A stretch of 64,000 nucleotides of DNA, taken from NCBI GenBank assembly GCA_963608705.1, contig CAVDHB010000048.1, positions 3,664 through 67,663 of the forward strand, read 5' to 3'. This document shows, one piece after another, positions 45,597-55,232 of this stretch; the first letter of the stretch is position 1, and each line of letters begins with the position of its first letter. Both the position numbers and the translations under genes were made by a program. Below the pieces are notes generated by a model that worked only from the letters and a program-made list of their open reading frames with translations, made no database searches and was not told the DNA's origin. The stretch is from Prevotella sp. P5-108. Lineage in GTDB: Bacteria > Bacteroidota > Bacteroidia > Bacteroidales > Bacteroidaceae.

Positions 45597-46298
45597 ATGG
45601 CAAAGGAAACATTTAAGGAAGATGAAATTATAGCATGTATCTCGGATCTCTGGCAGTTGCTTACTCCAGAGGAAAGGGACTTGGTTCGCACGAAGTTCAC
45701 CATCGTTCACTATAAGAAAAACGAGGTAATCTATTACGAGGGGGAGTCTCCAAGAGCCTTTTTGTGCCTGTTAAAAGGGAAGGTTAAAATATGCAAGGAA
45801 AGTCCGGGTGGAAAGAATCAAATCATGAGGGTCTTGAAGCAGGTGGATTATTTCGGGTACAGGGCTTATTTCGCCAATGAGGACTATCTGACTTCGGCGG
45901 CGGCGTTTGAACCTACGGTTATCTGCAAGATTCCCATGAATGTATTCGATAGGATTCTGACACAGAACCAGGCGGTGTGCTTGTATTTTTTCCGGGTGTT
46001 GGCCGTCAAGATGGGAGAGTCTGAGCAGCGTACCGTCAATTTGACGCAGAAACATCTGAGGGGAAGGCTGGCGGAGTCGCTTCTCTTCTTGAAAGACAGT
46101 TATGGGCTGGAAGATGACGAGGCCACACTGAGCGTCTATCTGTCGAGAGAAGACCTTGCGAATATGTCTAACATGACTACCGCCAACGCTATACGCACGC
46201 TTTCCAGTTTTTCCGCTGAACACTTGATAGCGACGGACGGCAAGAAAATTAAGATTATTAATGAGGAAGGACTGAAGAAAATCAGTCGATTAGGATAA
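45597..46298 (+). CDS. Crp/Fnr-family transcriptional regulator
   Basis: cNMP-binding beta-barrel (VIYYEGESPRAFLCLLKGKVKI) and a C-terminal HTH (SREDLANMSNMTTANAIRTLS). Start chosen at MAKETFK. Confidence 0.85.
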   Translation: MAKETFKEDEIIACISDLWQLLTPEERDLVRTKFTIVHYKKNEVIYYEGESPRAFLCLLKGKVKICKESPGGKNQIMRVLKQVDYFGYRAYFANEDYLTSAAAFEPTVICKIPMNVFDRILTQNQAVCLYFFRVLAVKMGESEQRTVNLTQKHLRGRLAESLLFLKDSYGLEDDEATLSVYLSREDLANMSNMTTANAIRTLSSFSAEHLIATDGKKIKIINEEGLKKISRLG

Positions 46299-47223
46299 AG
46301 TTCACCCACTCTTTTCGAATGGTCACTTCCAGCGGGTAGGAGATGTCTGACAATATATAGCCGTCTATGGCCACTGGCGCATGGGCGGCTTTTGTTACCT
46401 CAACTTGACGGGTGCGGTAGGGAAAAACGTTTTCATGATTCAAGTACTGGCCAGAGGACAGTAACCATAATCCTTTCGTTAGTTGCCATACGTCTGTGAA
46501 TCCTGTCACGGAAATGTCCAGCCATCCGTTGTAAGGCACGGCACTGGGAGTTTGCCCGTAGCCCAGACTGTTGCCTATGCACAACATCATCGCTTTCGTA
46601 TCCACTTCCTCTTCGTTCACTTTCATTTGCAGCGGGAAGGTCTTCCGTTGAAAGAGGAGCAGAAATACCGACCAGCAAAAGGCTATGAGTCGCACACCCC
46701 AGAAACGGCGTGCTGAATGGTAGATGTGGATAATCTGGGCTGTCAGCCCTATGTTCACACAGTTGACGAACGGGCGTTTCTTTTTTTCTCCTTTCTTGGA
46801 CTTGTAGAAGCAGAAACCGATGTCTATTCGCCGGATTCTGCGCTGGACAAGTGCGTGAATCAGGCTTCGGTACTCTTTTTCGGCTGGAAGCCAGAAGCGT
46901 GCGAAATCATTTCCCACACCGTAAGGGATGAGACTGATGGCTACATTTTTTTGCATGGCCATCGGACAGGAGAGCAGTCCTTTCAACAGGCAATTGAATG
47001 CGGAGTCGCCTCCTACCACTACCAAGGATGTGTAGCCCTCTTGTATGAGTCGGGCGGACAGCTGTTCCACTTCACCGTAGCCTACTGCTACAAACGGTGT
47101 GTATCGCAAGCCTTCTTGCTGAAGCAGCCGGCGTATAGTCTTCCATTTATGCGGGCATCTCCATGAGGCGGAGGTGTAAAAGATGACAGCCCACTCGGCT
47201 GTGGTATTATCATTTGTTTTCAT
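46282..47223 (-). CDS. Diacylglycerol/lipid kinase family protein (YegS/BmrU-like)
   Basis: VVVGGDSAFNCLLKGL and IPYGVGNDFAR motifs. Start uncertain (47223 or 47253). Confidence 0.8.
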   Translation of the reverse strand: MKTNDNTTAEWAVIFYTSASWRCPHKWKTIRRLLQQEGLRYTPFVAVGYGEVEQLSARLIQEGYTSLVVVGGDSAFNCLLKGLLSCPMAMQKNVAISLIPYGVGNDFARFWLPAEKEYRSLIHALVQRRIRRIDIGFCFYKSKKGEKKKRPFVNCVNIGLTAQIIHIYHSARRFWGVRLIAFCWSVFLLLFQRKTFPLQMKVNEEEVDTKAMMLCIGNSLGYGQTPSAVPYNGWLDISVTGFTDVWQLTKGLWLLSSGQYLNHENVFPYRTRQVEVTKAAHAPVAIDGYILSDISYPLEVTIRKEWVNFILID

Positions 47224-48148
47224 CCTCTTCTCCTTTCTTATAGAGTTGTGCAATCTCCTCGGCTTGTTTTTCGACAGGAAGGTTTCCGTCTATCCAGTGG
47301 ATAGGGATGCCGCGGCGTTCCATGCCCCTGAACCATGTCATCTGCCGCTTGGCGAACTGGTGGATGGCGATTTCCAGTTGGCGGAACATTTCTTCGTATG
47401 TCAGTTGTCCTGTCACATGAAGCGTTACGTATTTGTATTCCAGTCCGTAATAGATGAGGCTTTCGGGTTTGATTCCCTCTGCCAAGAGTCCTTTCACCTC
47501 TTCAATCAGTCCCTGTGCCAATCTTGCTTTCAGGCGTTGAGTGATACGTTCTCGGCGTATGTCTCTTTCCACCTTTATGCCAATGGTGAGACTTCGCAGA
47601 TGAGGGAAGGGGCGTTCGTCCACTTGATGATCAGCATAATATTTATGCACCTCAATAGCTCGTATGGCTCTTGCGGGGGAGTCAAGGTCTGTGGTGTTGT
47701 GCAGCTGTTTGTAATGCGAGAGAATCTGAGCGAGTTCCTCCATACTCTTCCCTTTCAGCGAGGAACGCAGTATGGGGTCTTCCGGCACAGGAGACATACG
47801 GTATCCTTTCAGTACGGATTCAAGGTAGAGACCTGTTCCTCCGCACAGTATGGGGCGTTTCCCCTGTCGGACTATCTGTTCGTATGCCTGCAAAAAGTCT
47901 CGTTGGTACTCAAACAGGTTGTAACGGTAGCCGGGTTCGGCAATGTCTATCAAGTGGTAAGGTACAGGAACACCCCCTGCGGAGTAATCCGCCAAGTCCT
48001 TTCCTGTACCGATGTCCATCTTACGGTATATTTGTCTGCTGTCTGCGCTGATAATCTCTCCGTCAAGAAGTCTTGCTGTTTTTACAGCGAGAGCTGTCTT
48101 GCCGCAAGCCGTGGGGCCGAGTATGGTGAGCAGGTCGAATGTGTGCAT
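47210..48148 (-). CDS. miaA: tRNA dimethylallyltransferase
   Basis: ILGPTACGKTALAV P-loop, SADSRQIYRKMDIGTGK, LHVTGQLTYEEM. Confidence 0.9.
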   Translation of the reverse strand: MHTFDLLTILGPTACGKTALAVKTARLLDGEIISADSRQIYRKMDIGTGKDLADYSAGGVPVPYHLIDIAEPGYRYNLFEYQRDFLQAYEQIVRQGKRPILCGGTGLYLESVLKGYRMSPVPEDPILRSSLKGKSMEELAQILSHYKQLHNTTDLDSPARAIRAIEVHKYYADHQVDERPFPHLRSLTIGIKVERDIRRERITQRLKARLAQGLIEEVKGLLAEGIKPESLIYYGLEYKYVTLHVTGQLTYEEMFRQLEIAIHQFAKRQMTWFRGMERRGIPIHWIDGNLPVEKQAEEIAQLYKKGEEDENK

Positions 48149-48162
48149 ATCGGGGTGTCAAC

Positions 48163-48363
48163 TTATAATAAACCAATCAAGAGCACGATGCCGACTATAA
48201 TGGCTATCACAAGGAAGGTAATCATGAGGCAACCTGCGCTGCAACCTCCGAACGCTCCTTTTAGCGCACCGCTGAAGATGCCGTCTCCATTTCCTTTCAT
48301 GGCTCCAAATACGCAACCTACGATACAGCCTATGATGACACAAATAAGTAAGAATTCAATCAT
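48163..48363 (-). CDS. Small Gly/Cys-rich two-TM membrane protein
   Basis: MIEFLLICVIIGCIVGCVFGAMKGNGDGIFSGALKGAFGGCSAGCLMITFLVIAIIVGIVLLIGLL. A minus-strand TAAGTTTG -7 box lies at 48416-48409. Confidence 0.6.
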   Translation of the reverse strand: MIEFLLICVIIGCIVGCVFGAMKGNGDGIFSGALKGAFGGCSAGCLMITFLVIAIIVGIVLLIGLL

Positions 48364-48503
48364 GTTGTTTATCTTTTGGGTTAAAGGGACTTGACAAAAT
48401 CCTTTTTGCAAACTTACGGAAAAATCGTGGGAAAAACGAATGGTAAGGGGTAAAATAATCTTTCAATCTGGAATAAGAATGACCACCTTCTACTTCATCT
48501 GAA

Positions 48504-48587
48504 ATCGAAGCCAGCTTCGTTGCCCATCGAAGCCTGTTTCGTTGCTCATCGAAGCCAGCTTCATTGCCCATCGAAGCTAACTTCATT
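48504..48587. repeat. Four tandem ~22-bp units CATCGAAGCCAGCTTCGTTGCC, each with an internal CGAAGC-N2-GCTTCG dyad
   Basis: Copies start at about 48504, 48525, 48547 and 48569 and become progressively degenerate. The array is intergenic between purL and the miaA operon. Confidence 0.85.
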
Positions 48588-48666
48588 TTTTATGAAATGT
48601 GTTTAATATCCTGTCCAAGTTTCATGCGGATTACACTTACCTTTAAAATACGATGACATATATAAA

Positions 48667-48701
48667 AGAGGAGTAAGACTTATCGCAAGTCTTGCTCCTC
48701 T
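48667..48701 (-). terminator. Terminator hairpin after purL
   Basis: AGAGGAGTAAGACT / AGTCTTGCTCCTCT, a 14-bp stem with one G-U-compatible mismatch and a T-rich tail on the minus strand. Confidence 0.6.
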
Positions 48702-48764
48702 TAAATAAGTTTCCTAAAGTCTTTTTTACCTAATAATATACCTATCGTGTTCTTCGGTAGTTTA

Positions 48765-51700
48765 TTATTTCTCGGTATGTTTCTTCACCCATTTGCGTGC
48801 GTTTACAAACGCTTCAAGCCACGGGGTGACTTCTTTCTTGCGGTATTCGTTCGGCAGCCAAGCGCATTGCCATGTGAAGCAAGCTCTTTCCGGGTGCGGC
48901 ATCATTGCCAAATGGCGTCCGTCTGCGCTGCACAGACCGGCTACGCTGTAGTCCGATCCGTTCGGATTACCGGGATAGGCGTCATAATTGTACTTCAAGA
49001 CAATGTTGTACTTGTCTTCAGGATAGGGGAGATGGAACTTTCCTTCTCCGTGTGCCACCCATATACCGAGCTTGTCTCCGCTCAACGAGCCGAGCATGAC
49101 ACTCTTGTTCTTCTGTACTTTCACGCCGACGAACGAAGACTCGAACTTGTGCGAGTCGTTGTGGAGCATCTTTCCTTTGTCCTCGAACTCTGGATTGATG
49201 AGGTTCAGCTCCATCATCAACTGACAGCCGTTGCATACTCCGAGAGACAATGTGTCTTCACGGGCGTAGAAGCGGTCGAGTGCGGCTTTCGCTTTCGGAT
49301 TGTAAAGGAAGGCGCCTGCCCATCCTTTTGCGGAGCCTAACACATCGGAGTTGGAGAATCCTCCGCAGAAGACAATCATGTGGATGTCGTCCAAGGTTTC
49401 CCGTCCGCTGATGAGGTCGGTCATCATCACGTCTTTCACGTCGAAGCCGGCCAGGTAGAGCATATAAGCCATTTCACGGTCGCCATTCGTACCTTTCTCA
49501 CGGATGATAGCCGCTTTGATGCCTGAAGGCGTTCTGCGGTCGGGGTCTGCTCCGAGGGATTTTAGCGTGCCTTTGAAGTCTTCACCAAATTGAATGTCAA
49601 GCGGCTGTTTCTTGTAGTTCTTGTAACGATCCTCGGCCAGATGTTTGGCTGTTTGTTTGCAGTCGAGCAGGTAAGAGGTCTTGTACCATTCATCACGAAG
49701 TTCGTCGATGTCTAACTTGTGCGTGTCTCCGTGGTGTGTGAGTACAAGTTTCCGTTTGTCGGAAGGCTTTCCGAGTTTCACGAATTCCACGTCAGAAGCG
49801 TTCATGATTTCCTTGAACTCGTCTACATTCTTGTCTGCTATTTGCAAAACGATTGCTGGATTCTCGGAGAAGAGGATGCGGTTGGTATCTTTCTCGTTGA
49901 ATTTGTCCAGGCTTATCTCCATTCCTCCTTTTTCGTTGGCGAATGTCATTTCAAGCAGCGTAGTGATAAGACCTCCGGCGGATACATCGTGTCCGGCCAA
50001 AACCAGTCCTTTTTCAATGAGTAACTGTACTGCGTTGAAGGTTCTGCGGAAATAGTCGGGATTCTTTACGGTCGGGATGTCCTCGCCCACTTTACCCAAC
50101 GTCTGGAAGAAAGCGGAACCGCCTAACCGAAGCTTGTCGCAAGAGAAGTCTATATGATAGAATGTGGACTTTTCTTTGTTCGCCATAACTGGTGACACCA
50201 CTTTCTTCACGTCGCTCACTTCACCGCCCGAAGTCACAATCACAGTTCCCGGGGCAATAATCTTCTCGCCAGAGGGATATTGTTGTGTCATGGAAAGGGA
50301 ATCCTTACCTGTGGGCACATTAATCTTCAACGCACAACAGAAGTCGCTCAAAGATTTCACCGCACGGTACAGCCGCGCATCTTCTCCTTTCTGGGAACGG
50401 CAAGGCCACATCCAGTTGGCGGAAAGAGACACACTATCCAGTTTCTCGGCCAACGGAGCGAAGACGATGTTCGTCAACGACTCTGCCACAGCCAATACGG
50501 AACCCTTTTCAGCTGAGGAAAGTGCGGCTGCCGGTGCGTGTCCCAATGCGGTAGCGATACCTTTCACTCCACGGTAGTCCAAAGCCACCACGCCACAGTC
50601 GCTCAAAGGCAACTGGATTTGACCTTGGCATTGCTGCCTTGCGACTTTTCCTGTGACGGAGCGGTCCACCTTATTAGTCAGCCAGTCTTTGCAGGCCACG
50701 GACTCCAGCTTCAGCACGTCTTTCAGATAGCTTGTCAGTTTGTCCGTATCGTAAGAAGCGTTTTCGTAAGGACGGTTGAATGTCTCGTCTCGCATATAGG
50801 TCACAGGAGAGTGGCCGAACATTTGCGCCACGTCCAAATCGAAGGGGCGTACACCGTCTCCCTGCTGGAAAGCGAAGTGTGCGTCGCCAGTCGTCTTGCC
50901 CACCACGTACATCGGAGCACGCTCACGTGCGGCGATTTTGCGCACTTTCTCCAACTTGTCGTCTTCGATGAGCAAGCCCATGCGCTCTTGAGACTCGTTG
51001 GCTATGATTTCTTTGGATGACAAGGTCTTGTCGCCAATAGGCAGTTTGGTCATGTCTATCAATCCTCCGCAGTCTTCCACTAATTCAGACAGGCAGTTCA
51101 CGTGTCCGGCTGAACCGTGGTCGTGGATGGAAGTGACAGGATTCTCCTTGTCCTCGCACAATGCGCGCACAAGGTTGTAGGCTCTTTTCTGCATTTCCGG
51201 GTTGGCGCGTTGTACGGCGTTCAACTCGATACCAGAGGAATAGCGGCCGGTGTCTACGGAAGACACGGAGCCTCCTCCCAGTCCGATGCGGTAGTTGTCG
51301 CCGCCTACCACTACGATGTCCTCGCCTTTCACCGGTTCTTTCTTCAGACAGTCACGCTTTGTTCCATAGCCCACACCACCAGCCAGCATAATTACCTTGT
51401 CATAGGCGTACACCTCGCTGTTCTCCTTGTGCTCGAATGTGAAGAGTGAACCGCAGATAAGCGGCTGTCCGAATTTGTTTCCGAAGTCGGACGCACCGTT
51501 GGAGGCTTTCACCAGAATCTGTTCTGGGGTTTGATAAAGCCAGGGGCGTTCTTTCAGTGCCTCTTCCCATTTGCGTCCTTTCTCCAGACGGGGGTAAGAG
51601 GTCATGTACACGGCGGTGCCGGCGATAGGCCAGCTTCCGATACCTCCGCCCATACGGTCTCTGATTTCTCCTCCCGTACCTGTGGCCGCTCCGTTGAAAG

Positions 51701-52472
51701 GCTCTACGGTGGTGGGGAAGTTGTGCGTCTCCGCCTTCAGAGAGATGACGGACTCAATATCTTTGATTTTAAAATAGTCAGAGGTGGTTTGGTCTTCGGG
51801 CGCGAATTGCTCGATGACAGGGCCTTGTGCGAAGGCTACGTTATCCTTGTAGGCGGAGATGATTTTATGCGGGTTCTCCTTCGTGGTCTTCTTTATCATC
51901 TGGAATAGAGAAGACTCCATCTCTTTTCCGTCTATCACGAAGACACCGCCAAAGATTTTGTGGCGGCAATGTTCGGAGTTGATTTGAGCGAAACCGAAAA
52001 TCTCGGAGTCCGTCAGTGGCCTGCCAAGCTGTTTCTCTATTTTGTGCAGGTATTCCATTTCCGCCTCTGAGAGAGCCAGTCCCTCTTCCTCGTTGTATTT
52101 CTCCAAGTCTTCCACGTGTTTGATAGGCTCCGGCTTTATGTCCACGGTGAAAAGAGATTGGTCAAGCCCCTTGTACATACGTTGCAGCATGGGGTCATGG
52201 GTGGCGTTCTCATTGTCCACAGGGAAGTATTCCTCGATACGGGAAATACCTTTGAGGTTCATGTTCTGTGTGATTTCCACGGCGTTAGTACTCCATGGGG
52301 TGATCATCTCACGGCGTGGGCCTACGAAGAATCCGTCTAACTTCTCAGTGTTTTCTTCATATTCCGCGCCGCCGTAAAGCCAACGCAGCTCGTCAATCTC
52401 CGCGGCGGCAGGCTTGTGGTCTGTCTCTGTGGCGATGACACTATTCTGTGGGGTCTTGAAGAATAAAATCAT
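48765..52472 (-). CDS. purL: Phosphoribosylformylglycinamidine synthase (single-chain)
   Basis: About 1235 aa with the C-terminal glutaminase motif GVCNGCQLM and AIR-synthase-like repeats. Start chosen at MILFFKTPQ. Confidence 0.95.
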   Translation of the reverse strand: MILFFKTPQNSVIATETDHKPAAAEIDELRWLYGGAEYEENTEKLDGFFVGPRREMITPWSTNAVEITQNMNLKGISRIEEYFPVDNENATHDPMLQRMYKGLDQSLFTVDIKPEPIKHVEDLEKYNEEEGLALSEAEMEYLHKIEKQLGRPLTDSEIFGFAQINSEHCRHKIFGGVFVIDGKEMESSLFQMIKKTTKENPHKIISAYKDNVAFAQGPVIEQFAPEDQTTSDYFKIKDIESVISLKAETHNFPTTVEPFNGAATGTGGEIRDRMGGGIGSWPIAGTAVYMTSYPRLEKGRKWEEALKERPWLYQTPEQILVKASNGASDFGNKFGQPLICGSLFTFEHKENSEVYAYDKVIMLAGGVGYGTKRDCLKKEPVKGEDIVVVGGDNYRIGLGGGSVSSVDTGRYSSGIELNAVQRANPEMQKRAYNLVRALCEDKENPVTSIHDHGSAGHVNCLSELVEDCGGLIDMTKLPIGDKTLSSKEIIANESQERMGLLIEDDKLEKVRKIAARERAPMYVVGKTTGDAHFAFQQGDGVRPFDLDVAQMFGHSPVTYMRDETFNRPYENASYDTDKLTSYLKDVLKLESVACKDWLTNKVDRSVTGKVARQQCQGQIQLPLSDCGVVALDYRGVKGIATALGHAPAAALSSAEKGSVLAVAESLTNIVFAPLAEKLDSVSLSANWMWPCRSQKGEDARLYRAVKSLSDFCCALKINVPTGKDSLSMTQQYPSGEKIIAPGTVIVTSGGEVSDVKKVVSPVMANKEKSTFYHIDFSCDKLRLGGSAFFQTLGKVGEDIPTVKNPDYFRRTFNAVQLLIEKGLVLAGHDVSAGGLITTLLEMTFANEKGGMEISLDKFNEKDTNRILFSENPAIVLQIADKNVDEFKEIMNASDVEFVKLGKPSDKRKLVLTHHGDTHKLDIDELRDEWYKTSYLLDCKQTAKHLAEDRYKNYKKQPLDIQFGEDFKGTLKSLGADPDRRTPSGIKAAIIREKGTNGDREMAYMLYLAGFDVKDVMMTDLISGRETLDDIHMIVFCGGFSNSDVLGSAKGWAGAFLYNPKAKAALDRFYAREDTLSLGVCNGCQLMMELNLINPEFEDKGKMLHNDSHKFESSFVGVKVQKNKSVMLGSLSGDKLGIWVAHGEGKFHLPYPEDKYNIVLKYNYDAYPGNPNGSDYSVAGLCSADGRHLAMMPHPERACFTWQCAWLPNEYRKKEVTPWLEAFVNARKWVKKHTEK

Positions 52473-52642
52473 TGTCTTTGTTAATGTGATGATGTTATAA
52501 TTATGTGGCAAAGATAGCGTTTTTTTTACTTATGACCAAATTAAACAAACGGGAAAAGCTACTTCATTAAGTGGTGTTTGGTGCGTGTCTTTCTTTTTTG
52601 TAGCTTTGCATCCCGAAACAAATCTCATAAATATTAAACCTT

Positions 52643-53068
52643 ATGAAAAGAATAATGACACACATGGGCGTATTTTGCGCGGCGGCTTTGTTGGCTACGG
52701 CTTGCGGCACGAGTGGCAAACTCTTCAACGCAGGCGTTGGCCCTGAGGGCAAATGGAAAATCCAGCAGATTGACAATGAGAAGATAACGGATGTCGAGAA
52801 AGAACCTTTTATCCAGTTTGACGCGGCTCAAAAACGGGTGAACGGCACGGCGGGATGCAATAACTTCTTTGGTGGCTATACCTATACGGATGGAGGAAAG
52901 CTGAAGTTTTCCGATAATATGGGGGCTACCCGGATGATGTGTCCTAATATGAAGTTTGAGGACAAGCTGTTCCAGACGCTTCCCAAGGTGGAGCGTGTGG
53001 CTTACCAGAAGGGAAAGCTCGTGCTGAAAGACGCACAGGGAAACGACTTGGTAGTATTAGTGAAATAA
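52643..53068 (+). CDS. META-domain (HslJ-like) lipoprotein
   Basis: Lipobox LLATAC, then GCNNFFGGYT and ATRMMCP. Confidence 0.8.
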   Translation: MKRIMTHMGVFCAAALLATACGTSGKLFNAGVGPEGKWKIQQIDNEKITDVEKEPFIQFDAAQKRVNGTAGCNNFFGGYTYTDGGKLKFSDNMGATRMMCPNMKFEDKLFQTLPKVERVAYQKGKLVLKDAQGNDLVVLVK

Positions 53069-53090
53069 ACTGCCTTTATACGATTCGTAC

Positions 53091-53134
53091 AACGCCAGTC
53101 TGCCTTGACTCGTCAAGGCGTCTGGCGTTTTTCA
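53091..53134. terminator. Terminator hairpin between convergent META and AraC genes
   Basis: AACGCCAG..GCCTTGAC / GTCAAGGC..CTGGCGTT, two 8-bp stems with an internal loop, followed by TTTTT. Confidence 0.6.
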
Positions 53135-53202
53135 ACAATGCCTTCTGGCCGGGATGGGAATGGATTTGGCAGACTGTATAGTGTAAATTAGTGTCATGCA
53201 GG

Positions 53203-54066
53203 CTAAAGTCTGAAGTCGCTGGGCTTCTTTCCCGTTTTCTTCTTGAACTGCGCCGAGAAATATTCTGGAGTCTCGAAGTTCAGCCTGTAGGCGATGTCTT
53301 TGATAGGCAGCTCGGTGGTGCAGAGCAGGTCTTTGGCCCGTTGCAGCTTGATGAACTGGAAATAGCGTGAGGGGGAAAGTCCTGTGTATTCCTTGAACTG
53401 CTTGCGGAAGGAGGAATATCCCATGTTCAGTTCGTCGGCTATTTCCTGTACAGTCACAGTGGTTTCCATTTCCTCATACATTCTTGCACGTGCCTGGTTG
53501 ATACGTTCTATCATGGGGCGGTCTTTATGGAATATATGGTTGCGCGCCATGCTGTACATAAGTCCCAACAGGTGAGTCACAATGCCGGCCAGCACTTGCT
53601 GGAAGCAAGCTTCCTCTCTTTCGGTCACATCCATAGCCTCGTCATAGAGGCGGATGATGGCTTCCTTGTAGGCCACTTTGAACATGGGATGCTCGGGAGT
53701 GAGGAATCCGTTTCCCACCATGCGCTCTGGGATACTTCCTTTGAAGCCTATCCAGCGTTGTTTCCATCCAATCTCCCGCAGGGGGTAGTAGGTGTGCCAT
53801 TCTCCGGGGAACAGCATACACATCATGCCTCGCTCGATGGGAATCTCCCCTGCAGACGCAGACCGGAAGATGCCTCTCCCTTCAGTGAAATACAATAGTT
53901 GATATTCGTTCAGCACCCTGCCTTTTTCCGGATGGAAGGAGTAGCCGTCCTTGTGTCCGGGAGTAGGGTAGTCCTCTCCGCTGCATATCGTCTCGTTGCC
54001 CACGGTGGTCACACACATACCCCATTCGAGGTCTCTTTCGTTCTCGACAATGTATTTCAGTCCCAT
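53203..54066 (-). CDS. AraC-family transcriptional regulator (cupin + HTH)
   Basis: The C-terminal VQEIADELNMGYSSFRKQFKEYTGLSPSRYF...IKDIAYRLNFETPEYFSAQFKK is a dual HTH_AraC. Confidence 0.85.
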   Translation of the reverse strand: MGLKYIVENERDLEWGMCVTTVGNETICSGEDYPTPGHKDGYSFHPEKGRVLNEYQLLYFTEGRGIFRSASAGEIPIERGMMCMLFPGEWHTYYPLREIGWKQRWIGFKGSIPERMVGNGFLTPEHPMFKVAYKEAIIRLYDEAMDVTEREEACFQQVLAGIVTHLLGLMYSMARNHIFHKDRPMIERINQARARMYEEMETTVTVQEIADELNMGYSSFRKQFKEYTGLSPSRYFQFIKLQRAKDLLCTTELPIKDIAYRLNFETPEYFSAQFKKKTGKKPSDFRL

Positions 54067-54069
54067 CTC

Positions 54070-55152
54070 TTATATGAACGCTTTTATGAAGTCGGCCATC
54101 TCTTGTTTGTGTGCGGTGGCTTCCTGGTAGAGCTTGTATTGCGCTTTTGTCCGTATAAGGTTATGTTCGGGATACCCAATCTTGTAATAAGTGTCTCCAT
54201 TCAAGTAGTCGGTGAAGAACCTCACGGCCTGCATATAGGGGAACAGCTGTGTGGCGAAAGGCAGGTACTTCTTCTCCGTGGAAGTGAGAAAGGTGGCCGA
54301 ACGCAGATAACCTTCCGTGAAAGCCTTGAATATCCGCATATTGAACTGTACCTTTGTCAGGTCTTTCTCGTCTTCCTTGGAGGTGTTGGCTGCCGAACGC
54401 AGGAAATCTCCAAAGTCGGAGAACACGAAGTTGGGCATTACGGTGTCAAGGTCGATGACGCACAGCACGTGTCCTTTGGTGTCGAAAAGCATGTTGCTGA
54501 CCTTTGTGTCGCAATGGCAGATTCGTTTGGGCAGTTTTCCTTCTCTGTAAAGCTTTTCTCCAAGGCACATCTCCTCCCCGTGTGCGAACAGTTCATCTGC
54601 GATGCCTCTTGTCTCATGCAGCCGTCCGGCCTTGTCCTGCTTGATGGCGGTCTTCAGTTCTTGTATTCGGAATTCCATATCATGAAAATGAGGAATTATC
54701 TCGCCTATCTTCTCCGGGAGGTCTGACAGTAAGTCCTCAAACTCTCCGAACTTGATTCCGACCAGTCCTGATGTATGGACGTTCACCGTGTCAAGAGAGA
54801 CAGAATCAGGGATACACACGCTCATGCGCCAGTAGTTTCCCTTTTCGTCTTTGTAATAACTCTTTCCATTGTCCGAGGTGATGAAGCGCAACACTTTCCG
54901 TTCAATGTTGTCTTCTCCGCGGGCTTCCAATTTTTTCCGTATATGCTGTGTCACCACCTCGATATTGTGTTGCAGCATCTCGACATCTTTGAAAATATGG
55001 TGGTTGATGCGTTGCAGTATGTAGTCCGCGCTACTTTCGGAGGCGGTAGTCACCTTGTAGGTCTCATTGATAAGCCCGGAACTGAGGGTGTCTATGTAGG
55101 CCACATCCTCCACTTCGGGAAAATGGGCTATGATATGGAGTAATTCTTTCAT
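54070..55152 (-). CDS. N-acetylhexosamine 1-kinase-like (NahK/APH-family) sugar kinase
   Basis: HFHDMEFRIQELK, CHCDTKVSNMLFD, IDLDTVMPNFVFSDFGDFLRS, EDEKDLTKVQFN and YPEHNLIRTKAQYKL are colinear with the Bifidobacterium NahK sequence as I recall it. Confidence 0.7.
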   Translation of the reverse strand: MKELLHIIAHFPEVEDVAYIDTLSSGLINETYKVTTASESSADYILQRINHHIFKDVEMLQHNIEVVTQHIRKKLEARGEDNIERKVLRFITSDNGKSYYKDEKGNYWRMSVCIPDSVSLDTVNVHTSGLVGIKFGEFEDLLSDLPEKIGEIIPHFHDMEFRIQELKTAIKQDKAGRLHETRGIADELFAHGEEMCLGEKLYREGKLPKRICHCDTKVSNMLFDTKGHVLCVIDLDTVMPNFVFSDFGDFLRSAANTSKEDEKDLTKVQFNMRIFKAFTEGYLRSATFLTSTEKKYLPFATQLFPYMQAVRFFTDYLNGDTYYKIGYPEHNLIRTKAQYKLYQEATAHKQEMADFIKAFI

Positions 55153-55183
55153 AAGCGAGTGTGTGATATGATTTAATGAAAGG

Positions 55184-55214
55184 CAAATATAGAGAAATTA
55201 TTTAGATAATCAAA
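55184..55214 (-). promoter_or_regulatory. Bacteroides-type promoter for the kinase/AraC operon
   Basis: Minus strand has TTTG (55214-55211), a 19-nt spacer, then TATATTTG (55191-55184), 32 nt upstream of ATG 55152. This fits the -33 TTTG / -7 TAnnTTTG consensus. Confidence 0.65.
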
Positions 55215-55232
55215 ATGTAAAGGGCGTATTCT

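Noticed and set aside
47183-48394. 403-aa + strand ORF; similar long ORFs at 38620-39396 (+), 48747-49340 (+), 53899-54726 (+), 58921-59700 (+), 61989-62912 (-), 63378-63896 (-).
   Set aside because: Each lies antisense to a gene with unmistakable family motifs (miaA, sdaA, purL, the NahK-like kinase, purC, rhaB, rhaA). Their translations are His/Arg/Val-rich shadow-frame sequence with no motifs.
48356-48586. 76-aa minus-strand ORF with repetitive peptide (KLASMGNEAGFDEQRNRLRWATKLASI).
   Set aside because: The repetitiveness is simply the translation of the 22-bp DNA tandem repeat. There is no start context and it overlaps the promoter region of the small membrane protein gene.
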